In this document: piece by piece, positions 53,294-62,250 of the stretch
How positions within the stretch are numbered: the first letter of the stretch is position 1
Layout: each line of letters opens with the position of its first letter
NCBI GenBank assembly: GCA_937864005.1
Contig: CALMIL010000025.1
Location: 2,162-66,161 of the forward strand
DNA: 64,000 nt
DNA from: an uncultured Burkholderiales bacterium
GTDB taxonomy: Bacteria > Pseudomonadota > Gammaproteobacteria > Burkholderiales > Burkholderiaceae_C
Direction of reading: 5' to 3'
Translations under genes and position numbers: made by a program
Notes under the pieces: generated by a model
The model's database searches: none
What the model was told of the DNA's origin: nothing
Seen by the model: only the letters and a program-made list of their open reading frames with translations

Positions 53294-56200
53294 TCAAGCT
53301 GGGTGCAGCGCGTATTCGTGCGCCACTCGCGGTTCACGGCGGCCAAACATGAAGCCGATCACTGCCAGGCTCAGGTAAAGCTGACTGAAGCGCGGTGAAT
53401 CGACGACGCTGTCGATCAGGCCCACGCCCTGAAACGCCAGCAACGCAATCGCGACGGCGAAGAAGTACGGGCGCCCGGCCGAGGCCGCACGCCACGCGCC
53501 GAGGACGCCGGCCAGCAACAGGCCCAACTGGGCAACCACACCGACCGCACCTTGCTCGAAGAACACCTGCAGCCACAGGTTTTTCATGTGCCAGGTCAGA
53601 TGACTGTCAGACGAATAGAGCCAGTGCGCCGCCCCCTCGTCGAAGCTGCCGTTGCGCAGGCGCTGGTGGCCTTGCGCATCAGTGACAGCCAGATCATCGA
53701 CATCCACCACGCCGCCCCCACTCGAGTACAGCGTGAAGCGGATCGGCCTCGGCGGCCAGCCGGCCTGGGGGTTTACTGGCAAAGTGATCGGTGCCGACAC
53801 AGTGTGCCATTGCCCATCCGGCAGCGCCCGCAACGTGGCGCCACCGCATTGGCGACTCTGAATCAGGTCCTTTTCACAGAGAAGTGCCTGGATCCCGCCT
53901 CCCTCAGTGGCGCGCAGACGTGCGCTGATCGTCAGCCGCTCGCCATACGCAGCGTCGACACGCTGATCCAGGTAGGACAGCGAACCGGGGTGCGAACGCA
54001 GCCAGGTGTTGTCAGCCTCGCGGTGCAGCGCGAAGATGCCGGGCCTGGCCTTCGGGTCACTTTGCAGGTAAGACGCGCGGCCGAAGCTGCCCAGCCCATT
54101 GCCGAAGAGTTGGGCTGCCGCACCGTGGCGCCCGAACGTGAGGCTCTCCTTCCAGTGACTGATTCGAATCCGGGCATCCGCAGCCAACTGTTGGAAGCGC
54201 CCGGAGGCATACGGCGCGTCCAGGATCCTGCCAGCGATGATCGCGACTGCGATCGCCAGCAACCCGGCCTTCGCCCACAGCGGGAAACGCCCGACGGGAC
54301 CTGGGCGCATCACGCGGCGGGTTGCCAGCAACACGATGCTGGCGCCGACCGCAAAGAGGAAGACCACCTGACCCCCCCGCGAATAGGTCACCATCGTTGC
54401 ATAGGCTGCAGCCAGAACCAGCAATGCGCTGGCCCAGCGTGCCATCCGCCACTCTTCATGCATCGCAGCCACGACTGCAAAGGGCACTGCTGCCGCAAGG
54501 AAGCACTCGATATAGGCGCCGCCGAGCGCGATGGCACTGAACGGCCCGGGCGCGCGGTAGTCAGACGAGAAATCGAATGGTCCAACGAAGGAAAGGCGCT
54601 CGCTGACAGTGAGGAACACCACACCGGCCAGCGCGACGACCATGCCGCGCCCGAACATCAGCGCGGCCGGCGCGGCGTCGAGGTTCAGGCGTTGCACAAA
54701 GATGGCGAGCACGAGAGCCCACAGCAGGCCCTTGGCCTGCATGGCGCCGAACGCCGAACCCAGGGGCGTGAGCAGCGCGCCGGGGTCGAAGGCATCGAAT
54801 CCGCCGAAGCCGATCACCGCCCCGGGGATCAGGCCGAGCAGCAACCACGCACCAAGGGGCCAGGAGCGCGGCCCATTGCCGGGGCGGCGAACGTTCGGAT
54901 GAACGAACGCCAGAACAGCCGTCGCCAGCATCAGCAGGTCCAGCGTGTCAAACCAACGTATCCCCGTGTACGGCGCATCGTCTGCCAACGCAATGGCCAC
55001 GGGTATGAGGAGCAAAGCCAGATGAGGCGCACTCCAGATGCAATAGGTGTATGTCGCCACCGCCAGCGCCATGGCCAGCGCATTGCCGGGCGCTGCATGG
55101 GCGGTGCCGACGATTGCAGCGGTGCCAAGCACCGCCAACAGGCCGACGCCGCCCTCGCCACGCGCCGGCCCGATAGCGGCGGCCGTTGAGGAGGAAACTG
55201 GCCGGGCGAGAGTCGCCGCGGGAACACCGGCTGCGGCCGCAGCCCACCGCAGCTTGTACGTCACCAGATGGGCGACCCATGCTGCGGAGGCAGCGATGAG
55301 CACGTTGGTCGGATCGGGATGACGGCCGACGAGGACGAGTTGCGAGGCCTCGACGAACAAGGCCGTCAGGCCCGCCAGCGCCGCGACGAAACGGGGCCGT
55401 GGAGTTGCCCAGAGCAACCCGCCGGCGACGCCGACCCACATGTAGCTGGCGACGCATCGAAGCAGGCTCGTCAGCGCACTCGATTCGCTGGTGAAGTAGT
55501 GGTAGTAGAAAGGCAGGTAGTTGAGCTTCGCCGCGCGCTCGAACCATCCCGCCACGGCGACCTGGCTATGGCCCCAGCCTGCCAGAAACGCAAGCACGAG
55601 CAGCCAAGGTCCGGCGGCGGCGGCCACAATCAGGCGCAAGCGGTCGGCCGTCATCTTCGCTTGGAGCATGCCGGCGCGCGGGGCCAGCCAGGCACCCACG
55701 GCAAACCCGACGCCCCGGGAGAGCACGGACGCGCCCTGCGACGTCGCAGCGAGCAGGAACAACTGGGCGATCTCGATGACAGCGCCGAAACCGATGCCGA
55801 GCATGGCGGCTTTGGGCCAACGCATGCGTCGCGAGCCCCTGCCGAGCGCAAATCCGAATGGGACCGTGAGCAGCACCTCCACCAGGACTTGCAACACGCT
55901 CCGAGGGAGGTGCACCGCATTGATCGGGGCAACCCACCATCCCGCACCCCCGGTGGCGAGCTTTTGCTCGAACACCGCGGCGGCGGTGGTGAAATCGAAC
56001 GGGAAGAAGCTCAGGCCGAGGTAGGCAAGCAGGTACAGCCACAGCAGCGCCGCCCCCGGCTGGGCATCGTTGGATTTGGCTCGCGCGAGAAGGCGCATGA
56101 ACGCGCGGCCGAACAGGAGGGCCAAGGCACAGCCGATCGCGGTTCCGCCGATCTCGGCGACAACGTCGTTGAGAGAAACGGTACGCGGCGGGAAGTAGAT

Positions 56201-56545
56201 CTGTGTGAACTCGATCGCCGCGGCGAGGACAGATCCCGCGACGAGAACGGCCAAGGCCGCCCCGGCGGCATGCAAGCTGCGGGTCGGCTTGCCGCGACCC
56301 GGATCGATCATGATTGCGCAGGTTCCGATGAACCCCACGGGGATGTAGAGCAAGGCGTTGGCCAGCCAGTCCAGGCGCCCGCCCAGATCGATGTTCAGCC
56401 ACGGCAGATGCGCGAAAAGAGCCGCCGCCCGATCCCACGGCACCCAGCGCAGGTCAAACGGCAACAGGCTGCCATAAATCACGAACGCGCACCACGCGAT
56501 CCAGGCTCGAGCGAGGATTCGGCGCATCTCGCGTGAGTTGGGCAT
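53294..56545 (-). CDS. Giant polytopic membrane protein: VanZ-like N-terminal repeats, an O-antigen-ligase/polymerase-like domain and an extracytoplasmic beta-rich insert
   Basis: The ATG at 56545 is in frame with the 1538-aa track ORF and gives MPNSREMRRILARAWIAWCAFVIYGSLLPFD... VanZ-like motif AAIEFTQIYFPPRTVSLNDVVAEIGG. Wzy_C-like motif MVTYSRGGQVVF. The soluble insert contains NGSFDEGAAHWL. The protein has more than 20 TM helices. The upstream 455 codons of the track ORF overlap the epimerase gene in another frame. Confidence 0.7.
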   Translation of the reverse strand: MPNSREMRRILARAWIAWCAFVIYGSLLPFDLRWVPWDRAAALFAHLPWLNIDLGGRLDWLANALLYIPVGFIGTCAIMIDPGRGKPTRSLHAAGAALAVLVAGSVLAAAIEFTQIYFPPRTVSLNDVVAEIGGTAIGCALALLFGRAFMRLLARAKSNDAQPGAALLWLYLLAYLGLSFFPFDFTTAAAVFEQKLATGGAGWWVAPINAVHLPRSVLQVLVEVLLTVPFGFALGRGSRRMRWPKAAMLGIGFGAVIEIAQLFLLAATSQGASVLSRGVGFAVGAWLAPRAGMLQAKMTADRLRLIVAAAAGPWLLVLAFLAGWGHSQVAVAGWFERAAKLNYLPFYYHYFTSESSALTSLLRCVASYMWVGVAGGLLWATPRPRFVAALAGLTALFVEASQLVLVGRHPDPTNVLIAASAAWVAHLVTYKLRWAAAAAGVPAATLARPVSSSTAAAIGPARGEGGVGLLAVLGTAAIVGTAHAAPGNALAMALAVATYTYCIWSAPHLALLLIPVAIALADDAPYTGIRWFDTLDLLMLATAVLAFVHPNVRRPGNGPRSWPLGAWLLLGLIPGAVIGFGGFDAFDPGALLTPLGSAFGAMQAKGLLWALVLAIFVQRLNLDAAPAALMFGRGMVVALAGVVFLTVSERLSFVGPFDFSSDYRAPGPFSAIALGGAYIECFLAAAVPFAVVAAMHEEWRMARWASALLVLAAAYATMVTYSRGGQVVFLFAVGASIVLLATRRVMRPGPVGRFPLWAKAGLLAIAVAIIAGRILDAPYASGRFQQLAADARIRISHWKESLTFGRHGAAAQLFGNGLGSFGRASYLQSDPKARPGIFALHREADNTWLRSHPGSLSYLDQRVDAAYGERLTISARLRATEGGGIQALLCEKDLIQSRQCGGATLRALPDGQWHTVSAPITLPVNPQAGWPPRPIRFTLYSSGGGVVDVDDLAVTDAQGHQRLRNGSFDEGAAHWLYSSDSHLTWHMKNLWLQVFFEQGAVGVVAQLGLLLAGVLGAWRAASAGRPYFFAVAIALLAFQGVGLIDSVVDSPRFSQLYLSLAVIGFMFGRREPRVAHEYALHPA

Positions 56546-56760
56546 GCAGATCAATCGGCTCGTCGTCGCCCAGTGGCCTTGGATTGCCGCAGGATTGTGC
56601 CGTTCAATTGCTCTTGGCGCGCTGTATATCGCCGCTCGGGTTCCCGACCGCTTGTGGATCGCCTCGCCGCGACGCAGGCGCCATCCGCAACGTCTCCCCA
56701 TGCGGCCAGTCTCGCTTGTGCATGCGCAAGCCCGATCGTGGGCGCGGCCCCGGTAGAAAC

Positions 56761-57747
56761 TCAGGCCGCCTGCGCCCGCCTCCGGCCCTCGAACCACTGC
56801 ACGAACCTCGCGAGCCCCTCGCGCAGCGGCGTCGCCGGCTCGAATCCCACCCGCGCGCGCAGCTTGTCGACATTCGCACAAGTGGCCCGCACGTCGCCCG
56901 GCTGCATCGGCAGGAAATCGAGCTTCGGCGTCACGCCGAGCAGGGCCGAAAGCGTCTGGATGAATTCGAGCACCGTCACCGGCGCGTGGTTGCCGATGTT
57001 GAAGATCTCGTACGCCGGGTCGCCGCCGCGGCGCTGAGAGAGTGCCAGGCGGACCACGCCTTCGGTGATGTCGCCGATGTACGTGAAGTCGCGTTGCAAC
57101 GTGCCGTCCGCGAACACCGGCAGCGCTTCGCCCGCCACCAGGCGCTGGGCGAAGCTGAAGTACGCCATGTCCGGCCTGCCCCAGGGCCCGTACACGGTGA
57201 AGAAGCGCAGCCCCGTGCAGCGCATGCCGTGGACGTGGCTGTAGGCGTGCGCCATTGCCTCGTTGGCCTTCTTGGTCGCGGCGTACAGCGACACCGGGGC
57301 GTCGGTGCGCTGCGACTCCTCGAACGGCGTCTGCACGGAGTCGCCGTAGACGCTGCTCGAGCTGGCGTACACCAGGTGCTCGACATTGCCGAGCCGGGCC
57401 GCCTCGAGCACGTTGGCGAAGCCGACGAGGTTCGCGCTGACGTACGCCTGCGGGTGGCTGATCGAGTAGCGCACGCCAGCCTGCGCCGCCAGATGCACCA
57501 CACGCGCCGGGCGATGGCGTTCGAACAGCGCGCCAAGTGCCGCCGGGTCCGCGACGTCGACCGCCTCGCATTGCACGCCAAGCGGGGTGAGCAGCGCTGC
57601 GACCCGTGCGTGCTTGAGCGCCGGGTCGTAGTAGTCGTTGAAGTTGTCGCAGCCGACGACGCCGTGACCGAGTGCGCGCAGGCGCGCCGCGACATAGGCG
57701 CCGATGAACCCGGCGGCGCCGGTGACGAGGATGGGTGAGGTCGACAT
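56761..57747 (-). CDS. NAD-dependent sugar-nucleotide epimerase (UDP-glucuronate 4-epimerase-like, SDR family)
   Basis: MSTSPILVTGAAGFIGAYVAARL (Rossmann GxxGxxG) and the catalytic SLYAATKKANE (YxxxK). The ATG at 57747 lies within the 374-aa track ORF. Confidence 0.9.
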   Translation of the reverse strand: MSTSPILVTGAAGFIGAYVAARLRALGHGVVGCDNFNDYYDPALKHARVAALLTPLGVQCEAVDVADPAALGALFERHRPARVVHLAAQAGVRYSISHPQAYVSANLVGFANVLEAARLGNVEHLVYASSSSVYGDSVQTPFEESQRTDAPVSLYAATKKANEAMAHAYSHVHGMRCTGLRFFTVYGPWGRPDMAYFSFAQRLVAGEALPVFADGTLQRDFTYIGDITEGVVRLALSQRRGGDPAYEIFNIGNHAPVTVLEFIQTLSALLGVTPKLDFLPMQPGDVRATCANVDKLRARVGFEPATPLREGLARFVQWFEGRRRAQAA

Positions 57748-57899
57748 GGAGGGGTTCGTGATGAATTGCCGGCGGCGCCCGGTGGCCGGATTGTCGATGA
57801 TCGACGCGCCCTTCCCGGCCCGGCCGGCTGCGTGACAATCGGCCGGGCGCGGCCATGCCGGCACTGCCCGGCAAAGGGAATACAAGGAATGCCTGCCCG

Positions 57900-59243
57900 A
57901 TGAAGATCACTGTCAGCGGCTCCGGCTACGTCGGTCTGGTGACGGGCGCCTGCCTGTCCGAAATGGGCAACCACGTCGTCTGCCTCGACGTGGACGAAGA
58001 CAAGATCGCCGTCCTCCAGGGCGGGGCCCTGCCGATCCACGAGCCCGGACTGCTGGAGATGGTGACGCGCAACGCCCTGGCCGGGCGCCTTCAGTTCACC
58101 ACTGACGTCGACCACGCGGTGGCGCACGGCACGGTCCAGTTCATCGCCGTCGGCACCCCACCCGGCGAGGACGGCTCGGCCGATCTGCAGCACGTGCTGC
58201 GGGCGGCACGCGCGATCGGCGAACGCATGACCGACTACAAAGTGATCGTCGACAAGAGCACGGTGCCGGTCGGCACCGGCGACGCCGTCGAGTCCGCGGT
58301 CAGCGCGGCGCTCGCGGCCCGCGGCGTGCCGCTCGCGTTCTCGGTCGTCTCGAACCCAGAGTTCCTGAAGGAAGGCGCGGCAGTCGAAGACTTCATGCGG
58401 CCCGACCGCGTGATCATCGGCGCCGACGACGAGCGGGCCGTCCTCCTCATGCGCTCGGTGTACAGCCCCTTCGTTCGCAACCGCGACCGCCTGCTGGTGA
58501 TGGACCGGCGCAGCGCCGAGCTCACCAAATACGCGGCGAACGCGATGCTCGCCACCCGCATCAGCTTCATGAACGAGCTCGCGAACCTGGCGGAACGCCT
58601 GGGTGCGGACATCGAGCTCGTGCGCCTGGGCATCGGCAGCGATCCGCGCATCGGCACCCAGTTTCTGTACGCCGGTTGCGGCTACGGCGGTTCGTGCTTT
58701 CCGAAGGACGTGAAGGCGCTCGTGCACACTGGCGCTGCTGCCGGCATGGACCTGCAGGTGCTCAGAGCCGTCGAGGCCGTGAACGAGGCGCAGAAGCAGA
58801 CCCTGGTCGACAAGGTGATCGCGCGCTTCGGCAGCGAGCTCGCCGGCCACCGGTTTGCGTTGTGGGGCCTTGCCTTCAAGCCGGGCACCGACGACATGCG
58901 CGAGGCGCCGAGCCTCGTCGTCGTGCAGGGCCTCACCGAGCGCGGCGCGGTCGTCGTCGCCTACGACCCGGTGGCGACGAGCGAGGGGCAGCGCCGGATG
59001 AAGGGCTGGCCGGGCATCGAGTTCGCGCCCAGCGCCGCCGAAGCCGCGGAGGGCGCCGACGCGCTCGTCATCGTCACCGAGTGGAAGGAGTTTCGAAGCC
59101 CGGACTTCGAGCACCTCAGGCGCACGCTGCGCCATCCGGTGGTCTTCGATGGCCGCAATCTGTTCGAGCCCGACCGGATGCGCTCCGAGGGGCTCGAGTA
59201 CCACTGCGTCGGGCGTGCTTCGCCGCTGCCCGCCGAGCAATAG
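57900..59243 (+). CDS. ugd: UDP-glucose 6-dehydrogenase
   Basis: [36 protein letters not shown], and catalytic Cys context [13 protein letters not shown]. 447 aa, with an AAGGAA RBS upstream of the ATG at 57900. Confidence 0.95.
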   Translation: MKITVSGSGYVGLVTGACLSEMGNHVVCLDVDEDKIAVLQGGALPIHEPGLLEMVTRNALAGRLQFTTDVDHAVAHGTVQFIAVGTPPGEDGSADLQHVLRAARAIGERMTDYKVIVDKSTVPVGTGDAVESAVSAALAARGVPLAFSVVSNPEFLKEGAAVEDFMRPDRVIIGADDERAVLLMRSVYSPFVRNRDRLLVMDRRSAELTKYAANAMLATRISFMNELANLAERLGADIELVRLGIGSDPRIGTQFLYAGCGYGGSCFPKDVKALVHTGAAAGMDLQVLRAVEAVNEAQKQTLVDKVIARFGSELAGHRFALWGLAFKPGTDDMREAPSLVVVQGLTERGAVVVAYDPVATSEGQRRMKGWPGIEFAPSAAEAAEGADALVIVTEWKEFRSPDFEHLRRTLRHPVVFDGRNLFEPDRMRSEGLEYHCVGRASPLPAEQ

Positions 59244-59293
59244 CCGACACGCGCACGACATTCGCGGCGCGGCTCGTCGCCGGGCTCGCATTC

Positions 59294-61351
59294 ATGGCGG
59301 GCGCAGGCCTCGCCTGGCATCACCCGGTGGCGCCCGGGCCCGCGCTCATCGCGTTCGTGCTTGCCTGCGCGGCCGTCGCGTGGCGCCCGGGCATCTGGCT
59401 GTTCGTCGTGCCGGCAACGCTGCCGGTGCTGAACTTCGCGCCGTGGACCGGCTGGGTGGTGTTCGAGGAATTCGACCTGCTGCTGCTCGCCGTGGCTGCC
59501 GGTGCCTATGCCCGGCTGGCGCTGGCGAAGACGGCAGCTTGCGGCGACCAGGCTCGGCCATCGCGCGACATGACGGTCTTCATCGCGCTGGCCGCCGTGT
59601 TCGGCGCGCTCAGCGTGGCGGCCTGGGTCAGCGGCATCTCGACGGCAGGCGCGGTCGCCTTCGGATGGTTCCAGGGCTATACCGACCCGTTGAACAGTTG
59701 GCGCATCTTCAAGAGCGTGCTGTTCGCAGCGCTGCTGTGGTTGCCGCTGCGTCAGGAGGTCCGGGCGGGAGCTGACCTGGCGGTGCACCGCCTGACTTCG
59801 GGCATGCTGGTGGGGCTGGCGATCGTCGCGCTGGCCGTCGTCTGGGAGCGCACGGCCTACACGGGTCTGTGGGACTTTTCTGCCCCCTACCGCACGACGG
59901 CGCTGTTCTGGGAGATGCATGTCGGGGGCGCGGCGATCGACGCCTACCTGGCGCTCGCCACGCCCTTCGTCGCCTGGGCGCTGTGGACGTCGCGCACGCC
60001 GCTGCGCTGGGCTGTTGCGGCCGTGCTGGCGCTGCTGACGGGCTATGCGTGCCTCACGACTTTCTCGCGCGGCGTCTACCTCGGCGTCGCCGTCTCGCTG
60101 GCATTGCTCGGCCTGCTCCTCGCCCGGCAGCACGCCGATGGCGACGTGCGTATCTCGGCGCTGCGCGCAGTGAGAATCACCGCGCTGCTGCTCGTCACGG
60201 CCACCTGCCTGGTGCTGGCGTTCGATGCCGGGGGCTTCGCCGGCGCCAGCGCGGTGCTGGCGGCCATCGCGCTGGCGCTTGTCGCGCTGCGGCGGCGGCT
60301 GTCGCTTCGCCACTGGCGCAAGGCGGCGAGCCTGGCACTGGCGCTGGCGCTGGCGCTCGAGGTGGCGGCAGTGCTGGAGCTGGGAACCTACATGCGCGAT
60401 CGCTTCGCGGCGATCGACCTCGACCGAGGGCACCGCATCGAGCACTGGCAAAACGGCCTCGGCCTGATGCACGGCGCCGCCGACTGGCTGCAGGGCATCG
60501 GTCTGGGCCGCCTGCCTGCCGCTTATGCGCGGGGCGTTCCCGGCGAGGGGTTTCCAGGCGAAGTGCAGTTCGTTCGAGCCGCCGCCGGCGACCCATCAGG
60601 CTCGGTCATCGTGCGCGGGCCGAAAGCGCCTTCGGACACGCGCGGCCTGCTGGCGCTGACCCAGCGCGTCGCGCTGCGCCCGGCGGCGCGCTACCAGGCA
60701 GCATTCGATGTGCGCGCCCGTACGCAGGCCGACGTCCTGGTCCAGCTCTGCGAGATGCACCTTCTCTATCCGCGCAACTGCCAGGGCGCGTTCGTCAGGC
60801 TGGCGCCGGGCGGCGCGCAATGGCGCCACATCGCCGTGCAATTGCGCGGGCCCGCGCTCGACCCCGGCCGCGCATGGGCGCCGCGCCTCGGCGTCTTTTC
60901 GGTCGCCGTCGTCAACCCCGGCGGCGCGGCCGAATTCGGCACGCTGAGCCTCATCGGGCCGGATCGCCGCGAGGTGCTCGTCAACCGCGACTTCTCCGAA
61001 GGCATGGCACGCTGGCTCCCGGCGGCGCAGGGTGACTACGTGGCGTGGCACATCGACAACCTCTACCTCGAGCTGCTGATCGAGCGCGGTTTTCCGGCGT
61101 GCCTGGCGTTCGTGCTGTGCATGGCCCTCGTGCTGCGGCGGCTCGTCGGCGCCGCCGGACGCGAAGTGGCCATCGCGCCGTTCCTCGCCGCGTCGCTGTG
61201 CGGCGGGCTCATCGTCGGCCTCGTCAGCAGCGTGATGGACGTGCCCAGGGTCGCGTTCCTGCTGTTCCTGCTTACGATCTTCGCGGTCGAGATCACCGGC
61301 AGCGGCCGTCCCGCCGGGTGTCGAGCGGCCGGCTCAGAGCGTGCGCCGTGA
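59294..61351 (+). CDS. Large O-antigen-ligase/polymerase-like polytopic membrane protein with an extracytoplasmic beta-rich insert (paralogue of 53294-56545)
   Basis: The first in-frame start after the ugd stop is the ATG at 59294; I checked every codon between. Wzy_C-like motif LTTFSRGVYLGV. The insert contains NRDFSEGMARWL. It aligns by eye with the other giant protein (RIEHWQNGLGL vs RISHWKESLTF; WHIDNLYLELLIERG vs WHMKNLWLQVFFEQG). Confidence 0.7.
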   Translation: MAGAGLAWHHPVAPGPALIAFVLACAAVAWRPGIWLFVVPATLPVLNFAPWTGWVVFEEFDLLLLAVAAGAYARLALAKTAACGDQARPSRDMTVFIALAAVFGALSVAAWVSGISTAGAVAFGWFQGYTDPLNSWRIFKSVLFAALLWLPLRQEVRAGADLAVHRLTSGMLVGLAIVALAVVWERTAYTGLWDFSAPYRTTALFWEMHVGGAAIDAYLALATPFVAWALWTSRTPLRWAVAAVLALLTGYACLTTFSRGVYLGVAVSLALLGLLLARQHADGDVRISALRAVRITALLLVTATCLVLAFDAGGFAGASAVLAAIALALVALRRRLSLRHWRKAASLALALALALEVAAVLELGTYMRDRFAAIDLDRGHRIEHWQNGLGLMHGAADWLQGIGLGRLPAAYARGVPGEGFPGEVQFVRAAAGDPSGSVIVRGPKAPSDTRGLLALTQRVALRPAARYQAAFDVRARTQADVLVQLCEMHLLYPRNCQGAFVRLAPGGAQWRHIAVQLRGPALDPGRAWAPRLGVFSVAVVNPGGAAEFGTLSLIGPDRREVLVNRDFSEGMARWLPAAQGDYVAWHIDNLYLELLIERGFPACLAFVLCMALVLRRLVGAAGREVAIAPFLAASLCGGLIVGLVSSVMDVPRVAFLLFLLTIFAVEITGSGRPAGCRAAGSERAP

Positions 61352-62248
61352 CTTGGATGTGCGGCGCATTCCCGGGCGGACCGGCACCGCCTCATTGGGC
61401 GAGCGCACGCGGCGCGGCGAGCCTTCGGTGGCAGTGGGCGTGACGTGACGGCGGCCGCGGGCGGGGTCGAGGGATTTGCCCCTTCGCATTCCCGCGCGCC
61501 GACGGCTCCGGCGCCGCTGCGCGTACGCGCGGTAGCGCACGACCCCTGCCGCCGCGCTGCCGAACACCGCCAGCAGTACCACCAACCAGGTGAACGGATG
61601 ACCCGCGATCGTCTTGACGAGTTCGATCGCCTCCTGGACCAGATTGAGCTTGCCGACCGGTCGGCCCGCCGCTGTGAACTGCGGCGATGTCGTCCCGACC
61701 TCAGGTTCCACGATCAACGGCGACACGGGCGCGGGCTGGACCCTTGCCGGGTTCGGCGCCGAGGCGGCGGCTGATTCTGCCGCGAGCCCATCCTGCTGTG
61801 CCGGCAACACGGCATCTCTTGCCTCATGCGCCCATTGGAGCGCGGCCTTGGCGGCTTCCTGCAGGTCGGTGTCGATCCCGGCGTCGGGCTCGCCGCCGGC
61901 AGATGCCGCCTGCAGTGCGGGCCTGGCTCGCGCGGCCGCCGGCTTCGCGGCGGGGCGCGCCTCGCTCGGGCGTTGCGGGTGGGTGACTTGCGCGCCTGAC
62001 GCAGAGGCCGGCTGCTGCTGTCCGGCGGGCGCCCCGTCGGCCCGCGAAGCATCGGAGGCAGGCGCCTCGGCAGGCAGCGGCGCGCCAAGGCCCGGACCGT
62101 CGTCAGCAGCCGGATCGATCCGCAGCTTCAGCGGCTTCGCCGACAAGCCCGCATCGTCCTGCACGACGGGGCCGGCGGCCGCCTGCAGCGCAACAAAGCA
62201 CGCTTGCAGGAGCAGCGCCGATACGAGGGTACGTGATCGGAACTGCAT
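61334..62248 (-). CDS. Hypothetical secreted Ala/Pro-rich low-complexity protein with a C-terminal TM helix and a long Arg-rich tail
   Basis: The ATG at 62248 lies 2 nt after the upstream stop. Signal peptide MQFRSRTLVSALLLQACFVALQAAAG. A long A/P/Q/S-rich region is followed by the TM FTWLVVLLAVFGSAAAGVV and then RYRAYAQRRRSRRRAGMRRGK... The upstream 106 codons of the track ORF overlap the OM protein gene. Confidence 0.5.
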   Translation of the reverse strand: MQFRSRTLVSALLLQACFVALQAAAGPVVQDDAGLSAKPLKLRIDPAADDGPGLGAPLPAEAPASDASRADGAPAGQQQPASASGAQVTHPQRPSEARPAAKPAAARARPALQAASAGGEPDAGIDTDLQEAAKAALQWAHEARDAVLPAQQDGLAAESAAASAPNPARVQPAPVSPLIVEPEVGTTSPQFTAAGRPVGKLNLVQEAIELVKTIAGHPFTWLVVLLAVFGSAAAGVVRYRAYAQRRRSRRRAGMRRGKSLDPARGRRHVTPTATEGSPRRVRSPNEAVPVRPGMRRTSKSRRTL

Positions 62249-62250
62249 TT

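Noticed and set aside
53294-57910. A single 1538-aa protein, as listed in the ORF track.
   Set aside because: The first 455 codons overlap, in a different frame, the clearly real SDR epimerase gene (56761-57747) and read as Arg/Pro-rich junk. A sensible start (MPNSREMRRIL...) exists at 56545, so I split the ORF.
61334-62248. Possible PEP-CTERM sorting signal (VEPEV ... TM ... RRRSRRR).
   Set aside because: The Pro-Glu-Pro-like segment lies about 40 residues upstream of the TM helix rather than directly before it. About 60 residues also follow the TM helix, whereas genuine PEP-CTERM domains end within a few residues of the Arg cluster.
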